Assembly: GCA_033763315.1 (NCBI GenBank) | Contig: JANRKS010000032.1 | Span: 96,001-160,000 of the forward strand | Origin: Deltaproteobacteria bacterium | Lineage (GTDB): Bacteria; Myxococcota_A; Polyangia; Fen-1088 | DNA length: 64,000 nt | Direction: 5' to 3' | Shown here: in pieces, positions 46,604 through 56,255 of the stretch | Layout of the letters: every line of letters begins with the position of its first letter | Position numbering within the stretch: position 1 is the stretch's first letter | Made by a program: the position numbers and the translations under genes | The notes under the pieces: generated by a model | What the model was told of the DNA's origin: nothing | Seen by the model: the letters and a program-made list of their open reading frames with translations, nothing else | Database searches by the model: none

Positions 46604-47746
46604 GTGGAGCCAGTCAAGCGGTACCGCAAGTCGGGGCAGGAGCACTTTCTTAAGTACCTGAGGGACGTGCCCGACATGTCGCCGCGCGCCATTTATGCGC
46701 GAATGGAAGAGCTTGGCTACCGGGGTCAAACGTTGGCGCGCCAGGCGATGTCGTTGATGGCCTACCGCCACGTGAGGCGAATCAAGCGCATTCACCTCGA
46801 CGGGGCCAACCGGCAAGAGATGCTGCCCAAGACGAACTCGTTACTGATGGGCCCCACGGGCTCGGGCAAAACGCACCTGGTTGAGGTGCTGTTTCAGCAG
46901 ATCCTGAAGTTGCCCACGGCGATCATCGACATCACCACATATTCAGAAACCGGCTACGTGGGGCAAGACGCCAGCACGATTTTGACGCGGCTCCTGCAGG
47001 CCGCCGACGACAACCCATTGCTCGCGCAGGTGGGCATCGTGTGTTTGGACGAGTTCGATAAGATCGCGTCAGGCCAAAACAGCGCCGTGTTTGCGGGCGC
47101 AGGCACCACCAAAGACGTGACGGGTCTTGGCGTGCAACGCGAACTTTTGAAGATGCTGGAATCCTCTGAAGTGGTGGTGCCACTGGAGATGGGGCACAGC
47201 AGCTATTCAGACAACGTGATGATGAGCACCGCCGATGTCGCGTTCGTAGCCGCGGGCGCCTTCTCCGGGTTTCACAGCATCAGCCGCCAACGCAAAGGCT
47301 TCGAAAACATCGGCTTTGGCCGCGAAGGGGGCGCCAAACTGCCTTCGTCGGGCACGGGGTTCACGGTGCAAGACGTTGAGCACATCAGCAGCTTTCAAAC
47401 GTATGGTTTTTTGCCAGAGCTCATGGCGCGGTTTTCGCGTGTCATTCCGTTCGAAGCATTGGATCACAGCACGCTGCTTTCGATTTTGAACGACAACGTC
47501 GTGGCCAAGCTTGTGGCTGAGTATGCGGATGAAGGCTTCGAGTTGCAGCTCGACAACGACGTGCTTGAACATGTGGTCAAAGAAAGCCTCGATCGAGAAA
47601 CGGGTGCGCGAGGCTTGGCTTCAGTGCTCACGCGGCGTTTGGAAACCACGGCGTTCGACATCTTCGCCGAACACGACGGCGGCCGCGTTCACGTGGTCAT
47701 CGAAGGGGGCGACGTCGTTGTGCGTTTCGAGGCCGTTGGTGGGTGA
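46604..47746 (+). CDS. ClpX-like AAA+ ATPase lacking the N-terminal zinc-binding domain
   Basis: [39 protein letters not shown] loop, ETGARGL. Confidence 0.85.
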   Translation: MEPVKRYRKSGQEHFLKYLRDVPDMSPRAIYARMEELGYRGQTLARQAMSLMAYRHVRRIKRIHLDGANRQEMLPKTNSLLMGPTGSGKTHLVEVLFQQILKLPTAIIDITTYSETGYVGQDASTILTRLLQAADDNPLLAQVGIVCLDEFDKIASGQNSAVFAGAGTTKDVTGLGVQRELLKMLESSEVVVPLEMGHSSYSDNVMMSTADVAFVAAGAFSGFHSISRQRKGFENIGFGREGGAKLPSSGTGFTVQDVEHISSFQTYGFLPELMARFSRVIPFEALDHSTLLSILNDNVVAKLVAEYADEGFELQLDNDVLEHVVKESLDRETGARGLASVLTRRLETTAFDIFAEHDGGRVHVVIEGGDVVVRFEAVGG

Positions 47747-47758
47747 TACGGCGCTTCA

Positions 47759-49126
47759 TCAACCGGCGAATATCTCCTTGAAACCGCCACGGCACCACTG
47801 CTTGTCACCGACGTAATCCTTGTTCACGCCCAAGGCCTTCTGTACGGACACGTAGATGTCGCCCTGGTGGGCGTTGGCCGAGCGCTGGGCCTCCACGTGC
47901 GAATCCGCGAGAAAGGCATTGGGATTGCCGGTGAAAGGATAGGTCACAGCCTTGCCCAATTGGATGCCCTTGTTCTTTCCTCCAGCCAGCAACCACACCA
48001 TGTTGAGCTGGTTGTGTTGCTCCGAAATACCGCTGCCCCACGCGGTGATGGTGTCGTCCAAGACGCCAATTTCCCGCGCCTTTTTGATCAGATAAGCGAA
48101 CTCACCCGCGTACCATTTATCAATGGCTTCCCACTCACCAGGCAGGTTGCCTTCGCCATGGCTGACTTGGTGATGATCGGGCCCACCCGATCGGGTCGGG
48201 TTGACGCCGCTTGATTCTGGCCCCCACACCAAAGTTCCGACGCGCCGGACGCCACACGCGAATGCGGTGAGCACAATATCCAAATGCGCCTCCCCTTGGG
48301 CTTTAAAGCGTGCGATGCCATTGCCCGCACCTGCGGCGGTGGCTGTCGTTTTCGCCGCCCCCGAGTTGCATGTGGGCACCGACGTGTTGGGATTGCCGCC
48401 CGCAATCAACCAGGTTTTTTCAACTTCGCGAATCGCTGACGTGTAAAGGTCGAGGTTTTCTTTGTTCTTGCCGGCAAGACGTCCGCTGAGCTTCGAGATG
48501 TCGTCTTTGACGAAGTCGAGCACGCTCTTGCGCTCGGCCAAGAGCGCCGTGAGCGCGGCCGTTCCTGTATCGCCTCCCGAAGCAGGTGTTCCGGCACCAA
48601 ACGCCGCATTGAACGAGTCCAAAGGTTTGATCCACTTGGGATCGCTTTTGTCGCCGGCAACCCAACTGATGTCGGAATAAATAAAACCATTTGGGGGCGT
48701 GGGATCCACACCCATGTTCAGCGGCTTGGGCGCGCCCAGCGCCGCCGCAAGCTCAAAGTCAAACGACGGACCATACGTGTGTTGGTAGTCGCCCGAGCCG
48801 TAGTACATGGAAAGAAATTTGTTTGCGTCCTCGTGGGTTGCGTATGTGGATGCCGCTTTGTTGTTCACCCCTTGCAACACCATAAAATCAGCCTTGTAGG
48901 CCTCAAGCGGTGCCAGCGATGGCTTGAGTGTGAACGACGTTCCAGCGCCGCTGCCGCCGAACGCGGAGCGAACGTGACCATTTGGAGTGAAGAACGCAAG
49001 GAAGTTGCCGCCCGTCGCAGCCTCAACCAGGCGGTTTTTCACGAAAGGCGCGAGCAGGAACGATCCGGCGCCAATCCCTCGCAACAACTTACGACGCGAA
49101 ATGCGGTGACGTGTTTGTTCCCACAT
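47759..49126 (-). CDS. DUF1552 family protein (Tat-exported), copy 3
   Basis: AAAGGAG Shine-Dalgarno, SRRKLL, PNG, LAPLEAYK, RKSVLDFV, AFACG.RR, HHQVSH. Confidence 0.88.
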   Translation of the reverse strand: MWEQTRHRISRRKLLRGIGAGSFLLAPFVKNRLVEAATGGNFLAFFTPNGHVRSAFGGSGAGTSFTLKPSLAPLEAYKADFMVLQGVNNKAASTYATHEDANKFLSMYYGSGDYQHTYGPSFDFELAAALGAPKPLNMGVDPTPPNGFIYSDISWVAGDKSDPKWIKPLDSFNAAFGAGTPASGGDTGTAALTALLAERKSVLDFVKDDISKLSGRLAGKNKENLDLYTSAIREVEKTWLIAGGNPNTSVPTCNSGAAKTTATAAGAGNGIARFKAQGEAHLDIVLTAFACGVRRVGTLVWGPESSGVNPTRSGGPDHHQVSHGEGNLPGEWEAIDKWYAGEFAYLIKKAREIGVLDDTITAWGSGISEQHNQLNMVWLLAGGKNKGIQLGKAVTYPFTGNPNAFLADSHVEAQRSANAHQGDIYVSVQKALGVNKDYVGDKQWCRGGFKEIFAG

Positions 49127-49140
49127 TGGAGTTCTCCTTT

Positions 49141-50820
49141 TCACTGCTGTGGCTGACGCTTGATAAAGGAACCGCTGCTGACGGCGGCGACGACCAGCTC
49201 TCGCAAGTCGCTCTTGTTTTCTCTGAACGTTTGGGCGACCTGCGCAGCGACGCAAGAAGTGCCCTGGTCCTTCACGGGAGCCCCCCAAAGGTAAGTCAAG
49301 TAGCGCTCGGCAAAGCAATCCTGGCCTTTTTCGCTGTCAACGATTTGCTTGATGAGATCTCCTGGTCCGCTGAACTTGCCGCTCCATCCCTCGGCGCCCT
49401 CGATCTCACTTGCAGCAATCACGTCCTTTCCGGATGCGGTTTTGGTGCGGTACTTGCCCTTCGAGTCATAGTTTTCAAGCGCCAGTCCCAGGGGCTGAAA
49501 GGTTTTGTGGCACGCGGCGCAGCCTTTGTTCTTGTCTTGAAAAGCCGCCCAGGCCTCTTGTTCTGTGGCGCCGGCAGGAAGCATGGGGAGCTGCTTGAGC
49601 AACTCTGCCGGATCAACGCCGCCCGGCGGCAGAATGTCTTCGCACAGGAATAGATTCTTCACGATCTTTCCGCGATGAATGGGCCCCTTGAAGGCAGCGA
49701 GCCAGGCCGGGTTGGTAAACAGACCAAAGCGCTGGTCTGAAGGCACTTCAGCGCGAACCGGAGTTTGGGAAGTTTGCGTCACCCCGTAAAGCGATGCCGT
49801 GGCGGCGTTCGGAAAGATCACATTGCTGGTCATCAAAGTGTTGAGATCGGGTTTTGCGCCGGCCAGCACATCGTTCACGAATGCCTTGGTTCCAGCGACC
49901 AACCCCGCCACCACATCCGTTCCCAGTTCGTTGGCTTTGGCCTCGGCCTTGAAAAGTTGCAGTTGCCAATAGATGAAGTCGGCAAACTTGTCTCGCGCCG
50001 CGGGGGTGGAAAACAAGGCGCGCGCAAACTTTTCCCGTTGTGCGGGATCGGTCAGTTGTTTGGATTCGGCCGCAGCCAACAAGTCGTCTGCGGGGGGCGA
50101 ATCTGCGATGCTGTAGGAAAGCGCCGATGCGATTTCGTATTGGTCCAAAGTGCCTTGGTTGGCTTCGCCCAACTCGGAACGAAAGAGAAAGCCGGGCGAC
50201 ATCAAGAACGCTTGAGTCGTGACCTTGGCCGCTGACTTGAGGTTCCGGGCTTTGAGTTGATTTTTGAAGAAGGTGCCGTACCGCGATGTCTCCTCTGAAG
50301 TGAGCGGACGTCGCAGCAGCTTCTTGCCCGTCTTGCCGACGAATTCATTCACACAAGCGTCAGTGACCGTGGCGGCGGCAAGGCAGGTATAAAGTGTGCT
50401 TACCTTCTCTGAGAATTTGGTGGCGGCCAACTCCGATTGATTCGAGAACACTGTGCCCAAAGCGTCGCTGACATAGGCGCGATCTGCGCTGTTGGCGAAA
50501 CCGGTTCTTACGTCCACGGAATCTCCGGGGGCCCCCTTGACGTCCACATCCGTGACACCCAAACCAGCGGCGATCGAATTCTTGAACTGTTGCGGGGACA
50601 GCCGCCACAGTCGTTGTGCGGGAAGCACCGAATCGCAGCCGTCGCCGTCGCCACCCGCACCCGAGCCGCTTCCGCCGCCATTGCCGCCGCCGCTTCCGCC
50701 TGAATCATCGTCGGCGCTGTTTGATGCCTCGCCTACTGTGCCACTGCATGCAGCCACAGCGAAGGCGATCGTGGTGATGGTCGCGACCGAGGAAAAAAAT
50801 CGAACGTACCTATCCAGCAT
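49141..50820 (-). CDS. DUF1592/DUF1588-type heme c lipoprotein, copy 3
   Basis: Lipobox VAAC, LWRLS..QF.NS, LRRPLT, SPGFLFRSE, EIASALSY, PIHRG, FLC, CAACH, GLALENYD. Confidence 0.88.
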   Translation of the reverse strand: MLDRYVRFFSSVATITTIAFAVAACSGTVGEASNSADDDSGGSGGGNGGGSGSGAGGDGDGCDSVLPAQRLWRLSPQQFKNSIAAGLGVTDVDVKGAPGDSVDVRTGFANSADRAYVSDALGTVFSNQSELAATKFSEKVSTLYTCLAAATVTDACVNEFVGKTGKKLLRRPLTSEETSRYGTFFKNQLKARNLKSAAKVTTQAFLMSPGFLFRSELGEANQGTLDQYEIASALSYSIADSPPADDLLAAAESKQLTDPAQREKFARALFSTPAARDKFADFIYWQLQLFKAEAKANELGTDVVAGLVAGTKAFVNDVLAGAKPDLNTLMTSNVIFPNAATASLYGVTQTSQTPVRAEVPSDQRFGLFTNPAWLAAFKGPIHRGKIVKNLFLCEDILPPGGVDPAELLKQLPMLPAGATEQEAWAAFQDKNKGCAACHKTFQPLGLALENYDSKGKYRTKTASGKDVIAASEIEGAEGWSGKFSGPGDLIKQIVDSEKGQDCFAERYLTYLWGAPVKDQGTSCVAAQVAQTFRENKSDLRELVVAAVSSGSFIKRQPQQ

Positions 50821-51318
50821 AACGAAACTCCACTGCGAAGGTAGATGAGTCCGTGAGACGATCCCTGATCGACCAAGACCCGATTCGGACTACGGACGAT
50901 TGACCGCAAGAACGTGCCATTGGCCTTTGAGGCAGAGCGCGCCGGACGCTTCGGTGACGCGGTACCTTTTCGCTTTGCACTTCATTGCGAGCCTCCCGGC
51001 AGATCCTTAGGCGGCGCCCGAACATCCGTGAAGACATCGGGCGATGGTTCTCATGGTGACAGAGAAGTTCTTCCGATATCAGCTACGATCGTTAAGCGGC
51101 GTCGGCTCTCTCATCCGCTCAACGACGCGAAGGCCTGCAAACAAGACGAAGCCACACGCAGATGCCCGCCAACGGCCGAGAAGCGCACAAAGTTGAACGC
51201 CGATTAACGCGCGTTTACTGCCCGACAGCCACCTGAGCGATAGAACGGTAAGACCGCGACGCCGCATCGGTCCGTTTGGCCGGCCGGGCTTGGCGTTGCT
51301 CGTCTCAAGGGGGTACAA

Positions 51319-52470
51319 GTGAGTCGAACTTTTGGTGCGGGTTTTTCTTCTCGGGTCATTCAAGCACGGCCCTCCTTGTTGCTCGGTGCGCTGCTCACGC
51401 TCGGATATGCGTGCGGCGGTGGAGGTGGTGCCGCGGACGACCAGGGTTCCGGTGGTACGGCAGGAGATCAGGGTTCGGGTGGGGACGCCGGCGGCGCCAA
51501 CGAAGGTGGTGCAGGGGTTCCTTCGGGCGGGGCCGGTGCAGCGGCTGCCGGCTCTGGAGGCAAAGGCGGAACCAGCGTCACCGGTGGGCAAGGTGGACAA
51601 GGCACCGGTGGTGCGGGCGGCGGACAATCATCGTCGGGCGGCGCTGCAGGCGCGTCAATGAGCACAGGCGGGGCGAGCGCTGGCATGGGTGGTGCGGCGG
51701 TCTCTTACGACAAGCCCTCGGTCGTTTTCGATTTCGAGAATGGAACCGTGGGTCAGCGCCCCGCGCCCTTCACGGGCGGCGTCGCGGCTGTTGACAGCAC
51801 AAAGAGTTACAGCGGGCAAAAGTCGCTCAAGGTGAGCTGCGGCGCAAATCAAACGTGCCTCTCCGAGTTGCCGATCAGAAGTTACGTAGCGGCCAACGGA
51901 AAAACCGGATACGCGCGGTTCATGGTCTATGTCGACCAGCAACCGAAAATGGGACCGAACGATCACTATGACTTGGTTCGGTTCTACGGCGCTATGGCGT
52001 CTCCGAATCTGACGCTGCCCAATGGTGCTTACATCTCCTTCGGCGGAACGGCGATGGCATCGCAGAAGCTGCATCAATTCTACAACGGCAGCGTCGGAGG
52101 AAAGTCGGTTTGGCAAGACTGCACGAAGAACAACCCCCTCGTGGTCAAGCCAGGTCAATGGCAGTGCGTGGAAGTGGGCTTCGACGAGAACAGCATCGAC
52201 GCCAACTTCAGCACATACGTCAACGGGGCCCGCGTTGGTCCTTTCACTTTCCCCGGCGATTTTGCGGCGTCAGTTTGCTTCGCACTCGAATTCTTCGACA
52301 TCAAGAATCCCTTCAAGGGCAGCTGGTACGTGCCAGCGCTTGATAAGGCGTCGTTCGGGTTCTGGACCCAAGACAACGGCGATGGTGTGGCCCCTGGCCC
52401 TGCGACCATTTGGTACGACGACATTGCCTTCAGCAAGACGCGAATCGGTTGCCCACCCGCCAAGCAGTAA
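51319..52470 (+). CDS. Lipoprotein with long Gly-rich linker and Cip1-like jelly-roll domain (paralog of 25828..26811)
   Basis: Lipobox GYAC, FDFE, SG.KSLKV, YARFMVY, WQCVE, WYDDIAF..RIGC. Confidence 0.7.
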   Translation: MSRTFGAGFSSRVIQARPSLLLGALLTLGYACGGGGGAADDQGSGGTAGDQGSGGDAGGANEGGAGVPSGGAGAAAAGSGGKGGTSVTGGQGGQGTGGAGGGQSSSGGAAGASMSTGGASAGMGGAAVSYDKPSVVFDFENGTVGQRPAPFTGGVAAVDSTKSYSGQKSLKVSCGANQTCLSELPIRSYVAANGKTGYARFMVYVDQQPKMGPNDHYDLVRFYGAMASPNLTLPNGAYISFGGTAMASQKLHQFYNGSVGGKSVWQDCTKNNPLVVKPGQWQCVEVGFDENSIDANFSTYVNGARVGPFTFPGDFAASVCFALEFFDIKNPFKGSWYVPALDKASFGFWTQDNGDGVAPGPATIWYDDIAFSKTRIGCPPAKQ

Positions 52471-52536
52471 TGCCGCTTGACCTTCGACACGTACGGTTCG
52501 TCCCTCCTGTCCTTTTCACTCAACGGAGCACGAGAT

Positions 52537-53595
52537 ATGAAACTTGCCCATAAACTAGTATTGCTTGGCATCGTCGCGTCTTGCGGGGGTGGCTCTTCTG
52601 GAAAAAACGATGACGACTCGGGTGGCTCCGGTGGCGGTGGCACCGCTGAAGGCGGCTCCTCCCCCACGGCAGGCAAGGGTGGCAACGCCGCGACGGGCTC
52701 CGGCGGAAAACCAGGGACCGGCGGATCGGGGCAAGCCGGCGGAAGCGGCGGTGGTGGAACAGGAGGAACGTCGACGCCGGCTGGTGGCAGTGGTGGTACA
52801 GCCATAGGTGGTTCGGGGGGAGCTCCCGTGGACACTGGCAAGCTGTTGACGCCGGGCATTGATGGCCCCATGCCAACTGGCAAAGGCTGTTTGACCTTCA
52901 AGGCGTCAGTGTTGGACTTCCGTTCTGACCATCCCGATTTCCAGAAACAGAACATAGGACAGACGGTCAAAGGGATGGTTGAAACTTTCCTCGGCGCTGA
53001 CGGAAACCCGGTCTACGTGCCAGGTGCCGGCGGCGTTGTGAAGGATGCCGCAAGCTTTACCCAATGGTGGAAAAGCGTGCCCAACGTCAATTCACCAGCG
53101 GACATCACGCTAACGGCGAGAGAAACCGCGCTTGGAGTTTCGATCGCAGCGCCTGCCGTGAAGGTGGGCACGGATGACAAGTACCTTTTCTATCCGGTCG
53201 ACGGTAAGGGGTTCGGCAATGTAGATATCGTTGCCCCTGACACCTACGCATCTACCAAAACGGTTGAAGCGGACGACAAAGCTCACAACAATCTTTTCAC
53301 AGTAAAGATCGAGGCCCAGTTCTATTACCAAGGCGGCAAGAAGGAACTCATCAGCATCCTGAGCGACGATGATTCTTGGGTCTTCTTGAACGGCAAATTA
53401 GCGCCCAATGCCGACCTTGGCGGTTTGCACTCCACGCAAGAGCCCGGAACCGTGGTTCTCGATTCTCTCGCCGCTTCGCATGGCCTCAAGCCCGGGAAAA
53501 TCTACCCCATCACATTCTTCTACGCAGACCGCTTCTTCGGCGAAGCGCAATATCGCCTCGAGGCCAACAACATACTCTTCGTCTGCAAGCCTTAG
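52537..53595 (+). CDS. Fibro-slime (PA14-like) domain lipoprotein
   Basis: Lipobox VASC, DFRSDHPDF, FTQWW, FYPVDGKGFG, HN..FT, DDDSWVFLNG, DLGGLH, FYADR. Confidence 0.88.
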   Translation: MKLAHKLVLLGIVASCGGGSSGKNDDDSGGSGGGGTAEGGSSPTAGKGGNAATGSGGKPGTGGSGQAGGSGGGGTGGTSTPAGGSGGTAIGGSGGAPVDTGKLLTPGIDGPMPTGKGCLTFKASVLDFRSDHPDFQKQNIGQTVKGMVETFLGADGNPVYVPGAGGVVKDAASFTQWWKSVPNVNSPADITLTARETALGVSIAAPAVKVGTDDKYLFYPVDGKGFGNVDIVAPDTYASTKTVEADDKAHNNLFTVKIEAQFYYQGGKKELISILSDDDSWVFLNGKLAPNADLGGLHSTQEPGTVVLDSLAASHGLKPGKIYPITFFYADRFFGEAQYRLEANNILFVCKP

Positions 53596-53626
53596 CCTGC
53601 GAACAGGGAGTGGGCCGGCACAATCG

Positions 53627-54328
53627 TCACATCAACATCTGTGCGGCCCACACCTGCACCGGGCGAATCAACTTCCACGCGTAGCTGAAAGCCACGAAGA
53701 AGATGATCATCGAGATCATCGGCACCTCGCGGAGTTTGTCGAACAACACGCGGGTTTGGTGCGGCCAGAAGCCCTCCACCACACCGGCGCCGTCAAGCGG
53801 CGGGACAGGCAGAAGATTGAAGATGGCGAGGCCAATGTTCATAAACATCATCACGCCCAGCCCATAAGCCAGCACCCCCGCCGGCGAGTTGCTGTCGCCG
53901 TTTGCGGCCTGCAGCACGTGTTGCAGTGTGGGGTTCTCTGGAACGACCAACATCCCCGCGATCAAAAGCGCCTTCGCCAGACCCAAGGCAACCACGGCCA
54001 GCAGCACGTTGCCCAGCGGCCCCGAAAGCGACATCCACGCTTTTTTGCTGGGATTGCGCGCGCCCCACAGCGGATCGTACGGCACCGACGCCCAGCCCAC
54101 GGGCCACAGCCAGCCGAAGAACAACACGCCCACGATGGGCATCATAACCATGCCGAACGGGGAGCGTTTCATGTGTACGAGCGGGTTCAAAGTCACAAGG
54201 CCCGCGTCGGCCGCAAAGCGTGAACCAAACCGATCGCCCACCTTGGCGTGGCCGAACTCATGCAGGGTGGTGCTCAGGAGAAACACCAAGTAGGCGATTA
54301 GAAACTCGCGGGGCTCAATGTCTGACAT
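53627..54328 (-). CDS. Site-2 protease family (M50) membrane metalloprotease
   Basis: HEFGH, TLNPL.H, GWA.VP, SGPLGN, FNLLPVPPLDG. Confidence 0.93.
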   Translation of the reverse strand: MSDIEPREFLIAYLVFLLSTTLHEFGHAKVGDRFGSRFAADAGLVTLNPLVHMKRSPFGMVMMPIVGVLFFGWLWPVGWASVPYDPLWGARNPSKKAWMSLSGPLGNVLLAVVALGLAKALLIAGMLVVPENPTLQHVLQAANGDSNSPAGVLAYGLGVMMFMNIGLAIFNLLPVPPLDGAGVVEGFWPHQTRVLFDKLREVPMISMIIFFVAFSYAWKLIRPVQVWAAQMLM

Positions 54329-54453
54329 ACGCCATGCATTGTGACCGTGCGCGCATGCACTGCAAAGGCCTGGTGCAAAAATACTGCCGGCAGCCGCCCA
54401 ATCAAGCGGTCCCTGCGCTGTGCATTCGGGCAACCCTACGTTAAAGTCCCAGG

Positions 54454-55647
54454 GTGTCGTACCGCCAATTCTTGCGCCTTTGGAGCCTGGCTGCGCTTGT
54501 AGGGCTGTTTGGCTGTGACGGTGGCAGTGAGACTTTCTCCTTGCCGCCTGTGACGTCTGAAGGTTCTGAGCGCATCAGCCTTTTCAGCGGGCGCGTGATG
54601 GTGCCCGAAGGCATTGCCAGCCAGGAAGTCTGGCTTGGTCCGGGGGCGGATCGTCTCACGGGATTATCGTCGCTGGCGTTCTATGTGGACGGCGCTGACG
54701 GTGAGCGGCTGGCTTTGGGCGTTGAGGATGCCACGGGCAAGGTGGTGATCGATGCCAACGCGTCCGAGTTCTCGATCAACCGAGCGTTATCGGGCGTTGG
54801 CTCCGTCTCGGCGCAATTGCCGGTTGCATCGGCGGCTTTGCCGCTGGCGCCGCCGTACAAGTTGACGGTTCGCCGCTATCGGTCGGCGTTGCCCGCCGAA
54901 ATGATCGGCGTACGTGTGTGGGGTAAGTATCCGCGCCCAGAGGCCGCGGTGCCGCAAACTCAAGCTTTGCAAGTGCAGTGGATCCTGGCAGGCGGCGTTG
55001 TGCCCGAGCCTCAATTGCTGCAAGCGATGGAGCGGGCGCGGAACATTTGGCGCCAAGCGGGGATCGAATTGCAGGAGGCCCCGCGTTCTGAACTTGATAA
55101 CAATATCAAGCCGCAGGTGGCTCACCTCGCCATTGACGCCGCCCTGGGCAGCGACACCGCGGCTTTGAAGTCGTTGCTGCGGCTGTCAGAGCTGGCGATC
55201 GGTGACGGTTTGCCGCTGTTCTTGGTCAATGACGTGACCCTGGCGCCCAGCGGGGAATTGTGGGCGTTGTCGGGCGGCATTCCCGTTCCCGCGGCGACCG
55301 GTACGGATCGCTCAGGCGTGGTGGTCAGCGCGGCGCTGCTCAAGCGCGACCCGATGTTTGCGGGGCAGATCCTGGCGCACGAGATCGGGCATGCGCTTGG
55401 GCTGTTTCACACAACGGAGTCTGTGGTGCTGACGCAAGCGGGGGCGCCCACGGCGATCAACGATGGCCTCGCCGACACGTCTGCGTGCCCCGCCTCGGCC
55501 GATGGCAATGCCGATCGAAGGTTGTCGAGCAGCGAATGCCACGCTTACGATGCGGGGAATCTAATGTTTTGGGGCACGCCGTCGGGCGCCATCACGCTGA
55601 CACCCCAGCAGGCCGACGTGGCCCGCCGCAGTTTGTTGACGAAGTGA
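54454..55647 (+). CDS. Lipoprotein zinc metalloprotease (metzincin, M43-like)
   Basis: Lipobox LFGC, AHEIGHALGLFH, Met-turn NLMF. Confidence 0.82.
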   Translation: MSYRQFLRLWSLAALVGLFGCDGGSETFSLPPVTSEGSERISLFSGRVMVPEGIASQEVWLGPGADRLTGLSSLAFYVDGADGERLALGVEDATGKVVIDANASEFSINRALSGVGSVSAQLPVASAALPLAPPYKLTVRRYRSALPAEMIGVRVWGKYPRPEAAVPQTQALQVQWILAGGVVPEPQLLQAMERARNIWRQAGIELQEAPRSELDNNIKPQVAHLAIDAALGSDTAALKSLLRLSELAIGDGLPLFLVNDVTLAPSGELWALSGGIPVPAATGTDRSGVVVSAALLKRDPMFAGQILAHEIGHALGLFHTTESVVLTQAGAPTAINDGLADTSACPASADGNADRRLSSSECHAYDAGNLMFWGTPSGAITLTPQQADVARRSLLTK

Positions 55648-55652
55648 GCGCG

Positions 55653-56054
55653 CTATTCCGTGCTTCGTAGGTCGGCGCCGCGGGCGACAGCCTTCACGAT
55701 GTCCATGGCCGCAACGATGCCCACCAGTTGTCCGTCATCGTTGTAGACCACGGCTTGGTGGACATGCGATTCCGCAAGCCCACGGGCGGCCGCGGCGGCC
55801 ATGTCGTCTTCGTAAAGCCCCAAGATGTTCGGCGTCATCAGATCTTCCACCAACGCTTCACCCTTGATCCAGTCTTGCGGCTCGGGGTTCACGAGATCTG
55901 ATTTTGAAATCATGCCGATCAGCTTACCCTCGCCGTCTCGCACAGGGGCACAGTTGATTTGCCGGCGGGTCAATGCCCACGCGGCTTCCAGCACAGAAGC
56001 CTTGGCTTCCAATGTGAACACTTCCCTCGTCATGATGTCCCGTACACGCAGCAT
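55653..56054 (-). CDS. CBS domain pair protein
   Basis: VRDIMT, APVRD..GKLIGMISKSDL, VEDLMT, LVGIV...DI. Confidence 0.9.
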   Translation of the reverse strand: MLRVRDIMTREVFTLEAKASVLEAAWALTRRQINCAPVRDGEGKLIGMISKSDLVNPEPQDWIKGEALVEDLMTPNILGLYEDDMAAAAARGLAESHVHQAVVYNDDGQLVGIVAAMDIVKAVARGADLRSTE

Positions 56055-56255
56055 TGGTTTGTCCTCAGGTGCCTTAACTTCAAGGCTCGTGCCAAGCCTG
56101 GACGCAAGTGCACCGCTGGGCCGCGGGCGTGCCAAACGTGCAGATGCTGCGGCCCGGGCCAAGGCGCGCGCAAAAACCGCAGCGCACAGGCGGTGTCCGG
56201 CAATTATGGCCTTTGTGAGATTCGCGCGAAGCCTTAGGATCGCGTCGCTTTTTCT

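Noticed and set aside
50906-50919. TGGCACG-TTC-TTGC on the minus strand upstream of DUF1592 copy 3, resembling a sigma-54 promoter
   Set aside because: Spacing is GG-N9-GC, one base short of the strict requirement; worth revisiting only if reads show an indel
50821-51318. ~500-bp intergenic region as a possible ncRNA
   Set aside because: Only short hairpins seen; the length is compatible with two divergent promoters and I recognise no RNA family
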